Assembly: GCF_006345805.1 (NCBI RefSeq)
Contig: NC_042999.1
Coordinates: forward strand, 2,976,001 to 3,040,000
Reading direction: 5' to 3'
DNA: 64,000 nt
DNA from: Octopus sinensis
Lineage: Eukaryota
Shown here: positions 12,314 to 25,808 of the stretch, piece by piece
Numbering within the stretch: the stretch's first letter is position 1
Layout: every line of letters starts with the position of its first letter
Notes under the pieces: model-generated
Told to the model about the DNA's origin: nothing
What the model saw: only the letters and a program-made list of their open reading frames with translations
Database searches by the model: none
Program-made: the position numbers and the translations under genes

Positions 12314-12628
12314 AATTGCAATGTGGAAGGTGTTTATAAGCCATTTAAGAAACACACAAAAACTGTTAGATTCACTTCAACATTTAAATTTAATTTGTCA
12401 AAATATTTTCGTCGCTTTGAGATGCAGCACAAAGTTTTGTCAGTGAACAGGTCGTGGTCTCAAAGCAACGAAAATATTTTGACAAATTAAATTTAAATGT
12501 CGAAGTGAATCTAATGGTTTTTGTGTGTTTCTTAAATGGCTTATAAACACTTTCTATGCTGCAATTGTTTTCGTTCCAGCACACGATATCAGATCAGGTC
12601 ACTTGCTATACAAGTACATCTCTGTAAC
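12314..12628. repeat. Asymmetric fold-back repeat (~110-bp arms), Penelope-like
   Basis: 12314-12422 is the reverse complement of 12457-12566. A hammerhead-shaped motif lies at 12436-12486. Confidence 0.8.
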
Positions 12629-13139
12629 TTCTCTTAGATATCATCCATCAACTAAAATGATATTTTTGTTTGCTGTTTTTACATCCATTTGTCTATTTAT
12701 TATTTCTAATTTTCTTGGATTTAATTCTTTGATACAAGGCCAGTAAGTTTGTTAAAGGGGCCAAGTCGATTACATTGGGTTATGTTAAGAAGACACTTGC
12801 CCCAGGTGACATATAGTGTGACTGAACTCAAAATTACATGGTCTGGAAGAAAGCTTGTTACCCACACAGCCACATTCACACCACATGAAGCAATTGCCTT
12901 CATAGCAATCACTTCTGGAAGCAGATAAAGTCTGTTTTAAACCAGCCATGCAAAACTGTACAAAGAGATGTATACTAGCTCAAAAGTGCCCCTGAATGGT
13001 TTGTGGGGTTCATACAGTTTGAACCCATAGCACTGTAGTCAGTGGTTTAGGGCTCTTTCCGAACAGCAATTGTGTCTATAACCTTACATTTGTTCTCCAA
13101 TAATACTTGGAAATTTCTTAAGGATTCTTCTAGGAAGAG

Positions 13140-13650
13140 CTGTGTGTGTGTGACTCACACATATATATATTCTCATTAAGACACACATCTCCAGACACAC
13201 ACACACTCATGCATGTACACACACATACACACATGCATCCACACACACAAACACACATATTCACATATCTAAACACTGTCTCCCAATCGAATGCCTACAC
13301 ACACACATTCATACACACACACACACACACATTTCACATACACACATTCTCTCTCTCTCTCACACACACATACACTTTGGCATATACATACACACACACA
13401 CCAGCACACATATACACTTTCTCTCTCTCATACACACACACACATGCACACATTACACATGCACACATTACACATGCACACATTACACATGCACACACAC
13501 ATTCTCTCTCATACACACACACACACGTACACTTTGGCATACATATCCAGACACACACACACATCAGCACACATTTACACTTTCTCTTTCTCATACACAC
13601 ACACATACACACACACATACACACACACACATGCATGGACATACACAAAC
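13140..13650. repeat. Degenerate (CA)n tract
   Basis: Directly visible. Confidence 0.9.
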
Positions 13651-13750
13651 ATATCTCGTTATCTCTGCTAATTGGAGCTTTGCTGTAAGTCCCTATTTCC
13701 ATACTTATGCTGCAGGGTAGATTCCTGTGCTTTGTGATGTAAATTCTCAC

Positions 13751-13813
13751 CAAATATTTCTCAAAGTCGGCATCAATATTTGTCAATATCGATATGAATG
13801 GCTTTGTTATTAC
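13751..13813 (-). CDS. Candidate 63-nt internal exon
   Basis: Acceptor 'ctctttaatgtctctcag|' and donor 'ttg|gtgaga'; phase-0 open frame VITKPFISILTNIDADFEKYL. No homologue recognised. Confidence 0.2.
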
Positions 13814-15449
13814 CTGAGAGACATTAAAGAGATAGCTGAGAGATTTTTCGGTGCCTTGATTGGAAATGTGGGGGGGGGGGCAGATTGACAGGGGATCGTA
13901 ATAACTAGCCAGAAGCTCTGTAGGGGGTCATGCATTACTTGTGTATTGGGTAAATGGACGAGACATTGAACAATGTGTGTGTGTGTGTACATATGATGAA
14001 AAATGAATGTAGGGGTTTTGCTCTCCCTATTTCAGCAAATACATGAAATGTAGGTCTTGCTGATGAGGTTCAGAATATGAATGAAATATGTCAGGAATTG
14101 TCTCCCCTCCTTTCTGGGAAAACAGAAATAATAACAATCAACAAGTATGCATTCAGCTTTTTGATACTTTTTGTATTAAATTTGTTTTAAATGCTCTTCC
14201 TGTCAACAACCTTTATACTTTATTTAAACTTTCCTGCAGCCTGTTTGTTATTCTCAAGATCAGTTCCTGAAATCAAAAATTATTGCCTAATATTCACCTT
14301 CAACATAAGAGAAGATTTTAAGATATTATAAACAGAGCAAAATATTTGCAACAAAATAGAATTTTTGTAGAAAACAGAAAAAAAAACAAACACATTCTCT
14401 TAGGGAATTTTTTGCTACAGTTTTCCGTAAATAATATACGTTTGCACTAATATACCGTGCTATTTGTTATTATTTCAGAATCTTTCTAACTTTACAGGTA
14501 AATATTATTAAATAATTCTTTAATTCCAGGTATTTTGGGTACTTTATTCACTATATATTTCCTTAATATAATATATTTTATAATAGTATCTTTTTGTTTT
14601 TACCTGACACAGAGGAGGTAGTAGCTCAGAGAAAAATATTTTGTTCCATTTTCTGGGATTATTTCTATTATATTTTTTTTCCTGCAGTGTGTGCTTATTT
14701 CTTCCGTTGTAAGAAATATTAATCTGAAGTCTGCCTGTTTATTTACTTATGATATCAGTAAACAGAAAAACATAGCATTGGTGAATTATTTTTGAGAATT
14801 GGCAGAATTAGTTGAGGAAAGAAGCAAACACCTTGCTGTATTTTGTTGTGTCTCTTGATGTTCTGAGTTTAAATTCCACCAAGGTTAATTAATGCCTTTC
14901 ATTAAAATCTTGCGATAATTCTTCCCTTTCCTCTTCTAGGAAAATCTTTTATTTCTTTTATGACATATTTGGTAATGAAAAAGAATTTGGTTTCGTTTTG
15001 CAAATAGGAACTATAGACCATTTGGATGTCTGCATCATTAGCTGGCACAGAAGTGATATCTGTCTTTTATACATTATATTATTGTTTTTTTAAAAAATGG
15101 CTACTGGTAATTTAATATGCCTTCTTTTCTGAGAGTAGGAAGAAATACAAGCAATGGTTGAGGCAGCATTGCTATGCTTCCAAATAAAATAATTGATAAC
15201 AATAGCATGGAGTTAAAGAAAGAGAAAAAGTAAGACGAATATGTTCAAATATGTAAATACTGAAGACATTCTAACAAATGAAAGATAGCAGTGTTTTGAA
15301 AAACATTAATACTAATAACAATAGCAGCAATGTTGCAACTGTTGCTCATCTGGAGAAGTTAATTGATAAAGTCATCTCCTGGGAAAGAAAAGAACTTGGA
15401 TGGTGCATGTTACAAAGGCCAGTGCTTCTTTGCCCAAGACTCATTCAAG

Positions 15450-15702
15450 ATGGTGACATGTAAAAAGCACCATTCAAGCATAATCGATGCCAGTACTGCC
15501 TGACTGGTCCCGTGCCAGTGGCACATAAAAAGCACCCACTACACTCTCAGAGTGGGTAGTATTAGAAAGGGCATCCAGCTGTAGAAACTTTGCCAGGTCA
15601 GACTGGAGCCTTGAGCAGCCTTCTAGCTTACTAGTCCTCAGTCAAACCGTCCAACCTTTGCCAGCATGGAAAGCGGACGTTAAACAACGATGATGGTGAT
15701 GA
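15450..15702 (+). mobile_element. Family B (RTE tail) copy
   Basis: Matches 22530-22757 and ends 'gttaaacaacgatgatgg'. Confidence 0.8.
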
Positions 15703-17043
15703 TCAGGCATAGAGAAGAGTTGCATATCTCTGTTTTTCCCAAAATGAAGGAAGCTTCTCTATGAGCTAACATGCACAATTGGAAATAACGTTAGCCATCA
15801 ACTGGAATGGAGCATACAGTAGATTGTGGTTGGTCTTTAAAACTCAGGTTGAAATGAGGCAATGTGTTTAATTGATGCATCCCCACACCTACCAACAGGT
15901 TGGTGCTGTAATATGAAAGGAGATGAAACACAAAGATCACAGCTAGGGACATTAATAGCAGTATTAAATCTAGGGTTGTAATGTTTGCAACACAACCGTA
16001 CAGACAGAAGATGAAGACAAAAGCTAAATAGTCTATCGCCTCTATATAACCTAAATACACACACAAGTGTATCAATTGGTTACAACCAATCTCCACTGTC
16101 TTGAGGCCTTGACAGTTGGATACCTGAAGATGTGGAGGACATTTGCTTATGACATAATGCATGTATAATCAATAAAAGGCCTGTCTACTGAAACATATAT
16201 AACATTCTTTTATACAAAATATTCTATAATTATATACATAAATATAATTATAATCAGGGGTCAGCTAAGTGCTTCGCCACATACCAACTGATTATTTGGT
16301 AAAATTATTAATTATTAATCAATTAATTAATTGATTAATTAATTAATCTTACCCTGTATTATTATTATTTTAATATTCTTTTATATATAAACACATACAT
16401 GTATACACGCACACACACACATCTCAATTAATGAAAGACTAAAAATTTCATTAGCTTATAACTGTTTTGTCTATAAGAAGCATTGCACTCCGAGCTGTTT
16501 CATTTACATATTTGTACTCATATGTATGTGCCTATAAATGTGAACTGATATGTATTTTTATATGTATCTCTATGTGTTTGCCTAGATATATGCTTGTTTA
16601 TTATGTGGGATGTATGAATACATATGTATTTGTTCATCTGTGTACCTTTGGAAGGATTTCCACCAACAGACTCCATTATATTTCTTTACATAACTGATTC
16701 TGCATGTAACCAACTCTATGTATTTTGATACTTTTTGAAGTAAACACACACTTCATCTAAATAACTCCGAGGGAACTCATATGTTATGCAAGCACTCAGC
16801 TCTGAGTGTAATGCTTCTTATAGCAGAAACAACTGTATGCCAATGGAAGTGACCACCTGACTCTTGTTCTTTTGTATTCCATTCATATTACACTCTGTAC
16901 TCACCAAATGTATATTGAGTTCTAACAACTGCTTAATAATATCACAATGCCTAAGTGAATTATTATATGTTTATATATATATATGTGTGCGTGTGTGTGT
17001 GTGTGTGTGTGTGAGTGTATGTATGTATGTATGTATATGTATG

Positions 17044-17088
<45 letters not shown>

Positions 17089-17776
17089 ATGCATGTATGT
17101 ATATGTATATATATATATAAACATTTACAAATATGAGTATATTTAAACACTGGAAAGCATGCAATTTCATAACAGAATTTTTATTAAAGTTCGCTCTTTT
17201 TCAAATGAGTAATATAAACAAAATAAGAGACTAGGAAAGGCTTCTCTCATACATTTTCTTTACCTTATTTTACAATAAGTAAAATCTATGTAGTTATGTT
17301 GTAATATACATTACATGACAGAATATATTTAAATTCCATTATCTGTTCAGGAAATAACCATAAGAATATCAGAATATAATAGAAATATCTTTTCTAAGTT
17401 AAATTCCTAAATGAGTTTTTTTATGACAGGTGAACAAAAGTACTTTTCAATTTCCATGAACCCAGCAAAAGAAATTAAGGTAGCTGTGTGGTACAAATGA
17501 TAGTACTGTATCATTTTTCTGTGTTCAAATCCAAACTGTGCCAATTTTGTGTTGCTTTCGTCCTGATGTCAATAAAGTTAGGATTGTAATTAAGTCATTT
17601 CAATCAATGTTTTTTAACATTTCACTTAAGAGGGAAAGCAGGGCATGTTTCTAATTAACATATGATAATTATTGTTGCAATGTATGAACTGCTGTGCTAC
17701 TTTGTTTGTTGAATGCACCACTCTAACATAAGTGTAATTCATCAATGAGCATAACACAGTCATAGATTCTAAGTGT

Positions 17777-18743
17777 GATGATGATGGCAATCCTTCAAGG
17801 TCGAGGATGATGGTCTTCGCACAAATTTACTGGTGAGTCCGTAGGTGACCGATAAGACCAATTCTTGCTTGAAAAGATCGGTCAGAGTGCGGACATCTAG
17901 TGCCGGAAGGGAGAGTCGCACGTGGTTGTTGTTGGCGCTCCCTCCGTCGTTGTCTTTTCTCCTCCAGCTCTGCAGACCTTTTCGACTCGAAAGTCGCCGT
18001 TCCCTCATGGATGGTGGTTTTCCAGAGTGGTTTGTTTTTTGCCGTTTCCTCCCAGTTAGTGAAGTCGATGTCACACTTTTTGAGGTTCGTTTTCAGGGAG
18101 TCCTTGTAGCGTTTCTTCTGGCCTCCTTTTGTACACTTGCCGTTTTTGAGTTGGGAGTAGAAGATCTGTTTGGGAAGTCGTTCGTCAGTCATTCTAACCA
18201 CGTGGCTGCTCCATCTTAGTTGGCCTTTGATGACATAGGCTTCGATGCTGGTCATTTTTGCTTCTTGTAGCATGCTGACGTTTGTTCTTCTGTCTTCCCA
18301 GCTGATGTTAAGGATCTTCCGAAGACAGCATTGGTAAAATTTCTCGAGCGTTCTCAGGTGGTGACTATACGGGGTCCAGGTTTTGGATGAGTAAAGGAGG
18401 GTTGGAATAATGACTGCCCTGTACACCATGAGTTTGGTTTCAGTTTGGATGCCCCGATCAGCAAAAACTCTTGTTTGAAGCTTGCCGAAAGCTGTTCCTG
18501 CACACCTCAGACGGTGTTGGATTTCATCGCTGAGGCCTACCTTTGCTGACAGATGGCTCCCAAGGTAGCAGAAATGGTTCATATTTTCCAGTGAGGATCA
18601 CCTCCAAAAGATCCTAAATGCTTTTCATCATGCATATACTAAACTTGGACTGAGCATCAATATCAAGAAGACTCACTTACTCTACCAACCTCCTCCCAAT
18701 GCCCGTGTTGACAACCCACCATCGATTCAACTCGAAGGAATTC
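17777..18743 (-). mobile_element. RTE-clade (BovB-like) LINE, 5'-truncated with inverted 5' segment and 16-bp TSD
   Basis: Open ORF 17827-18582 (FCYLGS, YRAVIIPTLLY, LRWSSHVVRM, RLPKQIFY, C-terminal zinc-finger-like end). (CAT)n tail; TSD 'catagattctaagtgt' at 17761-17776 and 18744-18759; 18593-18743 encodes the upstream RT residues on the + strand. Confidence 0.93.
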
Positions 18744-19139
18744 CATAGATTCTAAGTGTATAAGATTTGGAAATAAACTCTGAGTAGATTCCATTATAAT
18801 ACTTCAGCAAGATCAGGATTAATATAAAAAAACATCAGCTTCAGTTAATAAATTCTAAATGACTTCATATTCACAACTTAATGAGCACAAGATGAGCACC
18901 GGTCCTATGATGCCTATCACTCCTTATTTTTGTCATTCTCTTGTTTTGCCACAGTCCACCCAGGGCCATATCATGACAAAACAAGCTCCGGGGCATGCAA
19001 TGCTACATGAGAGAAACTTTCAAAATATTTCATAACAAGAGACAAAAATTAATGTTATTATAATTATATTCCTTGATTATACTATTGAAGAGCCTCTTGC
19101 TGGTTATGGAACAAGAAGCTGGGAGAAGATTAGGAGCAG

Positions 19140-20235
19140 GGGTTTGGCCAACTCTTCTGACTCACCAATGGGAGGGTGTTACAGTTCAGGGTTGACACAC
19201 CCAATAATCATTGGATACCATCTAATAACATCAGTTCCTCCTGGCCAAAACTCCATCCACTTTGGTAAGAGGAAAAGAAGCACCTTCTTCTTGGTGTTAT
19301 CAATAACAATAATCTTAATATTTATGATAAATCTGCCATCTTTGAGAGGAGTGCAGTGTCTGTATATCACACTTAGAATATAATCTTATTGTTTCTCTAT
19401 AATAGCTCAAACTGGTGCCTATAATATCTAACATTGTTTATAGCAAAACCATAGCAATTAATTCATAGCAAGAAATCAATATTGCTGTCTAAAAATCCGT
19501 GTTCTTCTAGCAATAATATCTTTCCAAAATCTAAAGATCTATGCCTAAGCAAACAGTTGAAGACAGCTATGAATCTGATCCACATCTATCCATAAATCTC
19601 TTGTCTACTTTAGAGAAAGCAACAGGAAACCATATCAATGTATCCAAACTCAGAATCCCCAGCTGTCATATCATTAGTCATAAAGCAAACAGAATGTTTC
19701 AGTAACATTGTCCTCATCAGAACAGATGTTTGATATGATAAAATCCGTGAAGAACAGCTATTATGTGGCACTGTTGCCTGGTTTAACACCACCACGTTTC
19801 CTTTGGGAACCTTTAACAGAATTTGCTTCTCTATTGAAAGCATTGAGACTCTGTCAGAGGATAATTTGGTGTCTTGCTGAAGTTCTTTGGACAGTTCCTT
19901 CTCATGAGTAATGTCAGTCTGTTCGAGCATTCAAGCATAAGTGGTTCTCTAAAAGAAACACATCACCAGATATGACTGGTGCTCAGCTCCATGAGTAACA
20001 CCTTAAGGGCTATCCTATTTGCTTGCTGGTGCCCCCAAGGGCTATTGCCTTTCAAATGAGTAGCATACATAAATTGCAGTCAAGGTTGGCAAAGACATTA
20101 GTGATGAGCATTATTCCCGCCTTTTCCCTACAAGTACCAGAGGCCTTGAAAAGGGCATAGGAATGGCTCGTTTCTCAGTAAGAATCTTCAATTAAAAGAT
20201 CAGCAATCTCATGCAAATATCTTGCTGTGACACCT
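19140..20235 (-). mobile_element. Degenerate RLE-type non-LTR retrotransposon remnant (tentative)
   Basis: Interrupted frames include 'IIVIDNTKKKVLLF', resembling the PDIV.....K.V..IE endonuclease region, and a CCHC/'W.H' relic near 20040-20140. Confidence 0.3.
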
Positions 20236-20520
20236 TCATCATCATCATCATCATCGTTTAACATCCACTTTCCATGCTAGCATGGGTAGGACGATTTGAC
20301 TGAGGTCTGGCGAACCAGATGGCTGCACCAGGCTCCAATCTGATCTGACAGAGTTTCTACAGCTGGATGCCCTTCCTAATGCCAACCACTCCAAGAGTGT
20401 AGTGGGTGCTTTTATGTGCCACCGGCATGAGGGCCAGTCAGGTGGTACTGGCAATGGTCACGCTCAGATGGTGCTTTTTAGGTGCCACCTGCACAGGAGC
20501 CAGTCCAGTGGCACTAGCAA
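20236..20520 (-). mobile_element. Family B copy with two internal subrepeats
   Basis: Near-identical to 39474-39840 and 60610-61070. Confidence 0.85.
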
Positions 20521-21424
20521 ATTGTGATAATTTCTCTTGATATGTCCTGGAGAGTTGGTTATAGTACTTGATGTAAAACGAAATTTAATCCTCTTTGATC
20601 TTCTTTCCGCCCTTTTCTGGATCACTTTCTGAAGTAAAGTAATGCTATTGGGTTTTACAAAATACCTTATATATTAAACATTTTTTTCTTCCAACTGTAA
20701 AGATTAAAAAATTCTTTTTGTTCATTTAGTGTCAAGGCAAGGTTTGTTTCCTTAAGGCTTAAATTCTTCTCTTACATATGGGCTGATAAAAACTTTCAGT
20801 AGTGAACAACTTCAAATTTGAATAAGAGAGATGTTTCATCATACCAGGAGCAAGGCACTGCTCACCCTTGCCCCTGGTCAATTCCAATAGCATCCATGTA
20901 TAATTAAAGCCAATTAATCCATAACAATCATGGTCTGTTTTTCTTGTTTTTGCAGGTGGTTTGTTATCCTGTGGCAGATTCTTATCTCCGACATGTCCAA
21001 CTGCATTTTACATTAATTAGGTGTAATATCTTCTTTTATCTTTTACTTGTTTCAGTCACTGAACTGTGGCCATGCTGGAGCACCACCTTGAAGGGGTTAG
21101 TCAAATAAATCAACCCCAGAACTTTTTAAAATCTGGTAATTATTTCATCAGTCACTTTTTAGCAAACCACTAAGTTATAGGGATATATATATACATACGT
21201 GTGTGTGTGTGTGTTTGACCCCACCCCCACCAGCCATCACTTGACAACCAATGCTGGTGAGTTTATGTCCCTTTAACTAATCAGTTTGGCAAAAGAGACA
21301 AATAGAATAAGTACTAGGCTTACAAAGAATAAGTCCCAGGGTCTTAAACCCTTTAAGGCAGTATTCCAACATGGCCGTGGTCAAATGACTGAAACAAGTA
21401 AAAGAATAAAAATATATAGTATAT

Positions 21425-22757
21425 ACATCAAATTGTTGGATTGGGTGATGAAAATCATAGAGAGGGTCACAGCCCAACTAATTAGGGAGAGAGTTAGTTT
21501 AGATGAGATGCAATTTGGGTTTGTGCCAGGGAGAAGTACCACAGGAACTATATTTATGATAAAACAGCTGCAGAAGAAATTCCTAGCTAAAGATAAACCT
21601 CTGTACTTGGCTTTTGTTGACATAGAGAAAGCCTTTGACAGGGTACCCCCAATCCTTTATCTGGTGGTCAATGCAGAAACTAGAGATAGAGGAGTGGTTG
21701 GTAAGAACTGTACAAGCCATGTATAGGGATGCTGTCAGTAAGGTGAGGGTTGGCAACGAGTATAGTGAAGAATTCCAGGTAGAAGTAGGGGTTCACCAAG
21801 GTTCAGTCCTCATACCCCTCTGGTTCATCATAGTACTCCAGGCAATAACAGAGAAATTCAAGACAGGCTGCCCCTGGGAGCTCTTCTATGCTGATGACCT
21901 TCCTCTAATAGCTGAGTCACTACCAGAACTAGAGAAGTTTCAGGTGTGGAAGCAAGGTCTAGAATCAAAGGGCCCTAGGGTCAATCTAGCGAAAACCAAA
22001 GCCTTAGAAATTAGCAATGTGGACAAGTCACAAATCCCCTTCAGGTAGATGGCCTTGCTCAATCTGTAGAAAAGGCAAAGGTAGAAACTCCATAAGATGT
22101 ACTCCGTGTAAGCTATGGACACATAAGAGGTGCTGCAATATCAAAGGAAGGCTAAAGGAAGATAGTTTTTGTGTGTGAAAGATGCACAGGTGCAATTAAC
22201 ACTGGAAACAGATTCCATCACATGCCAGGGGAAAAAACTAGAAGTAGTTGATAGCTTCCATTACCTAGGTGACCAAGTCAGTAGTGGAGTGGATGCTCTG
22301 AGAGCATAGCTACTAGAATAAGAATAGGCTGAGCTAAGTTCAGAGAGCTCCTACCTCAACTGGTAACAAAGGGCCTCTCGCTGAGAGTAAAAGGTAGCCT
22401 GTATGATGCATGTGTGTGAACAGATATGCTACATAGCAGGGAAACGTGGGCTGAGATTGCTCAAGACATGCATAGGCTTGTAAGGAATGAAGCTAATATG
22501 CTCTGCTGGATGTGTAATGTCAGTGTGCATCATTCGAGTGTGACTAATGTCAGTGCCACCTGACTGGTTCCTGTGCTGGTGGCATGTAAAAAGCACCTAC
22601 TACACTCTCAGAGAGTGATTGGTGTTAGGAAGGGCATCCAGATGAAGAAACCTTGCCAAATCAGATTGGAGCCTGGTGCAGCCTCCCAGCTTGCCAGTTT
22701 TCAGTCAAACCATCCAACCCATGTCAGCATGGAAAGTGGATGTTAAGCGATGACGAT
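21425..22757 (+). mobile_element. RTE-clade LINE fragment: RT domain, PHD-like finger and 3' tail
   Basis: QFGFVPGRSTT, AFVDIEKAFDRVP, GVHQGSVL, YADDL, KTK and FHYLG motifs with frameshifts, followed by the family B tail. Confidence 0.9.
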
Positions 22758-22775
22758 GGTGAGGATATATATATG

Positions 22776-22815
<40 letters not shown>

Positions 22816-23279
22816 TGTGTGCGTGTGTGTGTGTGTATGTGTGTGTATTTACAGTAGGTTTCCACACAATTTCTGTCTATGAAATTCACTCACAAGGCAT
22901 TAGTTAACCTAGGGCTATAGTAGAAGACATTTGCCCCAAGGTAACATGCAGTGGGATTGAACCTGAGTTCATGAGGTTGCAAGCCATGCCTGCACATCGA
23001 TGAGGGAACATTGGTTGTTATTTCTAGAAATCTGAACAAGATAGTCTCTCATTGGTTCATCGTAAAAACCATTAGTTGCGTGGAAGAAAACAATAAGACC
23101 ATTTGTAAAGAGAATAGTCACTTTATGTTGTGATTCGATGCAAAACCTCAAATAAGTTTTGAAGAACAAAATATTGTAATTGCTGTGTAAGGAAAGATAA
23201 AGTAGTTGGGACACGGAAGATGTGTGGGTGTCTTGTTGTGTCTACCAACACAAATGTATAAGCACTTCATATTTATTAG

Positions 23280-23456
23280 ATATATACATAGACACATACA
23301 CATGTACCATTCTATACATACATAGAAGAAATGTATACACACATCTACACACACACACACACACACATATATATAGACACATGTATATATATGTATTTAT
23401 ATATATACACACACACATATATATATAGAGAGAGATAAATAGATATATATAGATAA

Positions 23457-23517
<61 letters not shown>

Positions 23518-23541
23518 CTGAAATATAGAAGATAGGCACAG

Positions 23542-23579
<38 letters not shown>

Positions 23580-23749
23580 ATATGTGTGTGTGTGTACACA
23601 ATTACATACACACACATTGATACACATACACACACATACACACACGTACATGTATGTAGATATGTATGTATATATAGATAAAAAGATAGCGAGGCAGGGA
23701 GATAAGCATAGACATGTTTGTGTGCACATGCAAGTATGTGTGTGTGTGT

Positions 23750-23797
<48 letters not shown>

Positions 23798-23812
23798 CTA
23801 TATATACATATT
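23280..23812. repeat. Compound microsatellite (CA)n/(GATA)n/(TA)n/(TG)n
   Basis: Directly visible. Confidence 0.9.
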
Positions 23813-24081
23813 AAGATATATTTTAATAAGAATTACTGCACCATTACAAAAAGATTTGTCTGAGAAATTAATTCTGTTTTGGCAGGTTGTTGTTTTGCTG
23901 AAAAATTATTGAATACCATTCTTCTGTCACACATAATCATCTCCAAGCTCCAAGAACATCTCTTGGGCATTTAGTTTCTGTCTCGGTCTTTAATGTCTAT
24001 TCTTTGTCAGGTATGAAATGTGGTGGCCTATTCTTAATGCTGTTGTTATTATTATCATTATTATTATTATTATTATTATTT

Positions 24082-24535
24082 TCATTAGCATCTTCTTTCA
24101 ATTCTGTTTCCATTTCTTGCCGAGTGTCTTCTTGACCCCTAGGGCAGAGAAATGCACTGCATACATTGGTAGGCCATTAAAATAAACATACCAAGTTGTT
24201 CATTTACAAAGTCATTTGATAGAGAAAAAGGGGAAGAAAGAGAGAGAGAGAGAAAAAAGAGAAGATGAAAAAGAAAATAAAAGGGAAAAAGGAAAGAAAA
24301 TTCACAGCGACAATGCTCTTCTCAGTCCGTGTGACTTACCAGGTAAGACAATCTTTTGCACTTCCTGCATGGATGATAAACCAGGAGATCATTTTTGAAT
24401 AATCTTCAGTTCCTCTTATGATCATTCCAAGTGTTCCTACAATCACAGGTATTGTAACCGTCTTGGGATGCCGCATCTTTTGCAATTTTGATTAGCAAAA
24501 ATTTATATCAAATTCTTTCGCCGAGATATGATCAT
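24082..24535 (-). mobile_element. R4/Dong-like RLE LINE 3' fragment
   Basis: 'KMRHPKTVTIPVIVGTLGMI' region, homologous to 61510-61930. The 3' end abuts (TAA)n at 24045-24081. Confidence 0.7.
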
Positions 24536-24559
24536 CTTAAGAAGGTAATTATCATTATT

Positions 24560-25303
24560 ATTATAGACGTCGCACAGTATACAATATCACGAGGTTCTTG
24601 ATTGAAGATAATGTGTCTACCAGGGGTTTATACTGTCTGTCAAGTCACAACAAGGATCTCAGACAGTACTTCACACAATATGCATGCAGTTCCAAGTAAT
24701 GCTGACCTTTGCAATACATCTAGATTGTAAAGTATCTCTAAGGTTTTCAGATGTTTTTTTTTTTAGATTGGGTGGTATTGAACCCAATGCTCCAATGACA
24801 ATATTGATAACCTGTATGTTCAACTCCTGTCGATGCCACATCTTAGCAATCTCAGTTCTCAGGTCTCAATATTTGTCAACCTTTTCTCTTTCTTTCATGA
24901 TGATATGTTGATCTCCTGGTACAGCCATATCAATTATTAGGCATTCTTGTTTGTCCCTCTTAAAGATTACTATATTTCAGTGATCTAACACCTTCTCTTT
25001 ATGGAAATCAAAGTCCCAGAGGATTTTTGCCTTTCCCTTTTCATTCATTACCTTTTCTGGTCTATGTTGGTACCAAGCACCCATAACCTCATGCCCATAT
25101 TTACAGCATGGTATCCAGTAGAATTTTGGGCTACCTTGTCATGTCTATGCTTGTATTCTTTCTGCGTAAGACTTTCACAAGCACTAAAAATGTAAGTCAT
25201 GCTTTTGACTCTCTTCCCACACATTCTGCAAAGGTCCGTTACACTTCTGTGGTATATATTCTTTTTCACTGAGTTGGTATTCAATGCTTGGTCCTGGGCA
25301 GCG
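24560..25303 (-). mobile_element. R4/Dong-like RLE LINE fragment (CCHC plus endonuclease)
   Basis: 'AAQDQALNT...CRMCG....MTYIFSAC..L...EYKHRHDKVA', 'LWDF', 'CLIIDMAVPGD...KEREKVDKY' and 'IVIGALG'. Flanked by (ATT)n. Confidence 0.85.
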
Positions 25304-25504
25304 ATGATGATTATTATTATTACTATTATTATTATTATTATTATTATCATTATTATTATTATTATTATTATTATTTGAAAACTCACAACTTATTTTGCCG
25401 GGTTTGATGGAAAATGTCAGCTGTCCACAGCCAGCAGACAAAGGTGAGACTTGTTTACTGGTCATAAAAAAAATTGTTGTTATTATTATTATTATTATTA
25501 TTAT

Positions 25505-25808
25505 TCAGTAGTATATTTTTTATATCGTGCTTTCACTTCACTACCGAGCGCAGCTCTGTGTGCCTTGGGTATGTGCTGTGATTTGTTGTGATGCTCTGAA
25601 GGTTACTGTATTGAAATTGTTCTGCGTAGGATGTGTGCAGTGCCTAGTAGTGCAATTTTCTGTATGTTATATGTGTTTGTAAGTCCTGGTGTTTTTGTTA
25701 TGTATTTGTCTGAATATTATTTTATCATGCCTAATGCACCTACTATGATAGGAATTGTTTCTGTTTTTAGATTCCACATTCTGGTTACCTCTATTTCCAG
25801 GTCTTTGT
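25505..25808 (-). mobile_element. R4/Dong-like LINE 3' end between (ATT)n arrays
   Basis: 'DLEIEVTRMWNLKTETIPIIVGALGMIK...IQKIALLGTAHILR'; near-identical to 63497-63840. Confidence 0.85.

Noticed and set aside
14055-14096. CTGATGA-g-gttca..tgaat-GAAA-tat-GTC hammerhead-like string
   Set aside because: Stem I is out of register by one base and there is no supporting repeat context; it may be chance or a decayed copy.
15730-16100. Possible Penelope endonuclease relic or small ORFs upstream of the 16125 motif
   Set aside because: Too degenerate to support on either strand.
17827-18582. 251-aa ORF as a host gene
   Set aside because: It is the RT C-terminus of a truncated LINE enclosed by a TSD.
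23886-24010. + strand exon-like segment with acceptor and donor
   Set aside because: Stops in all three frames; a non-coding exon cannot be supported from sequence alone.
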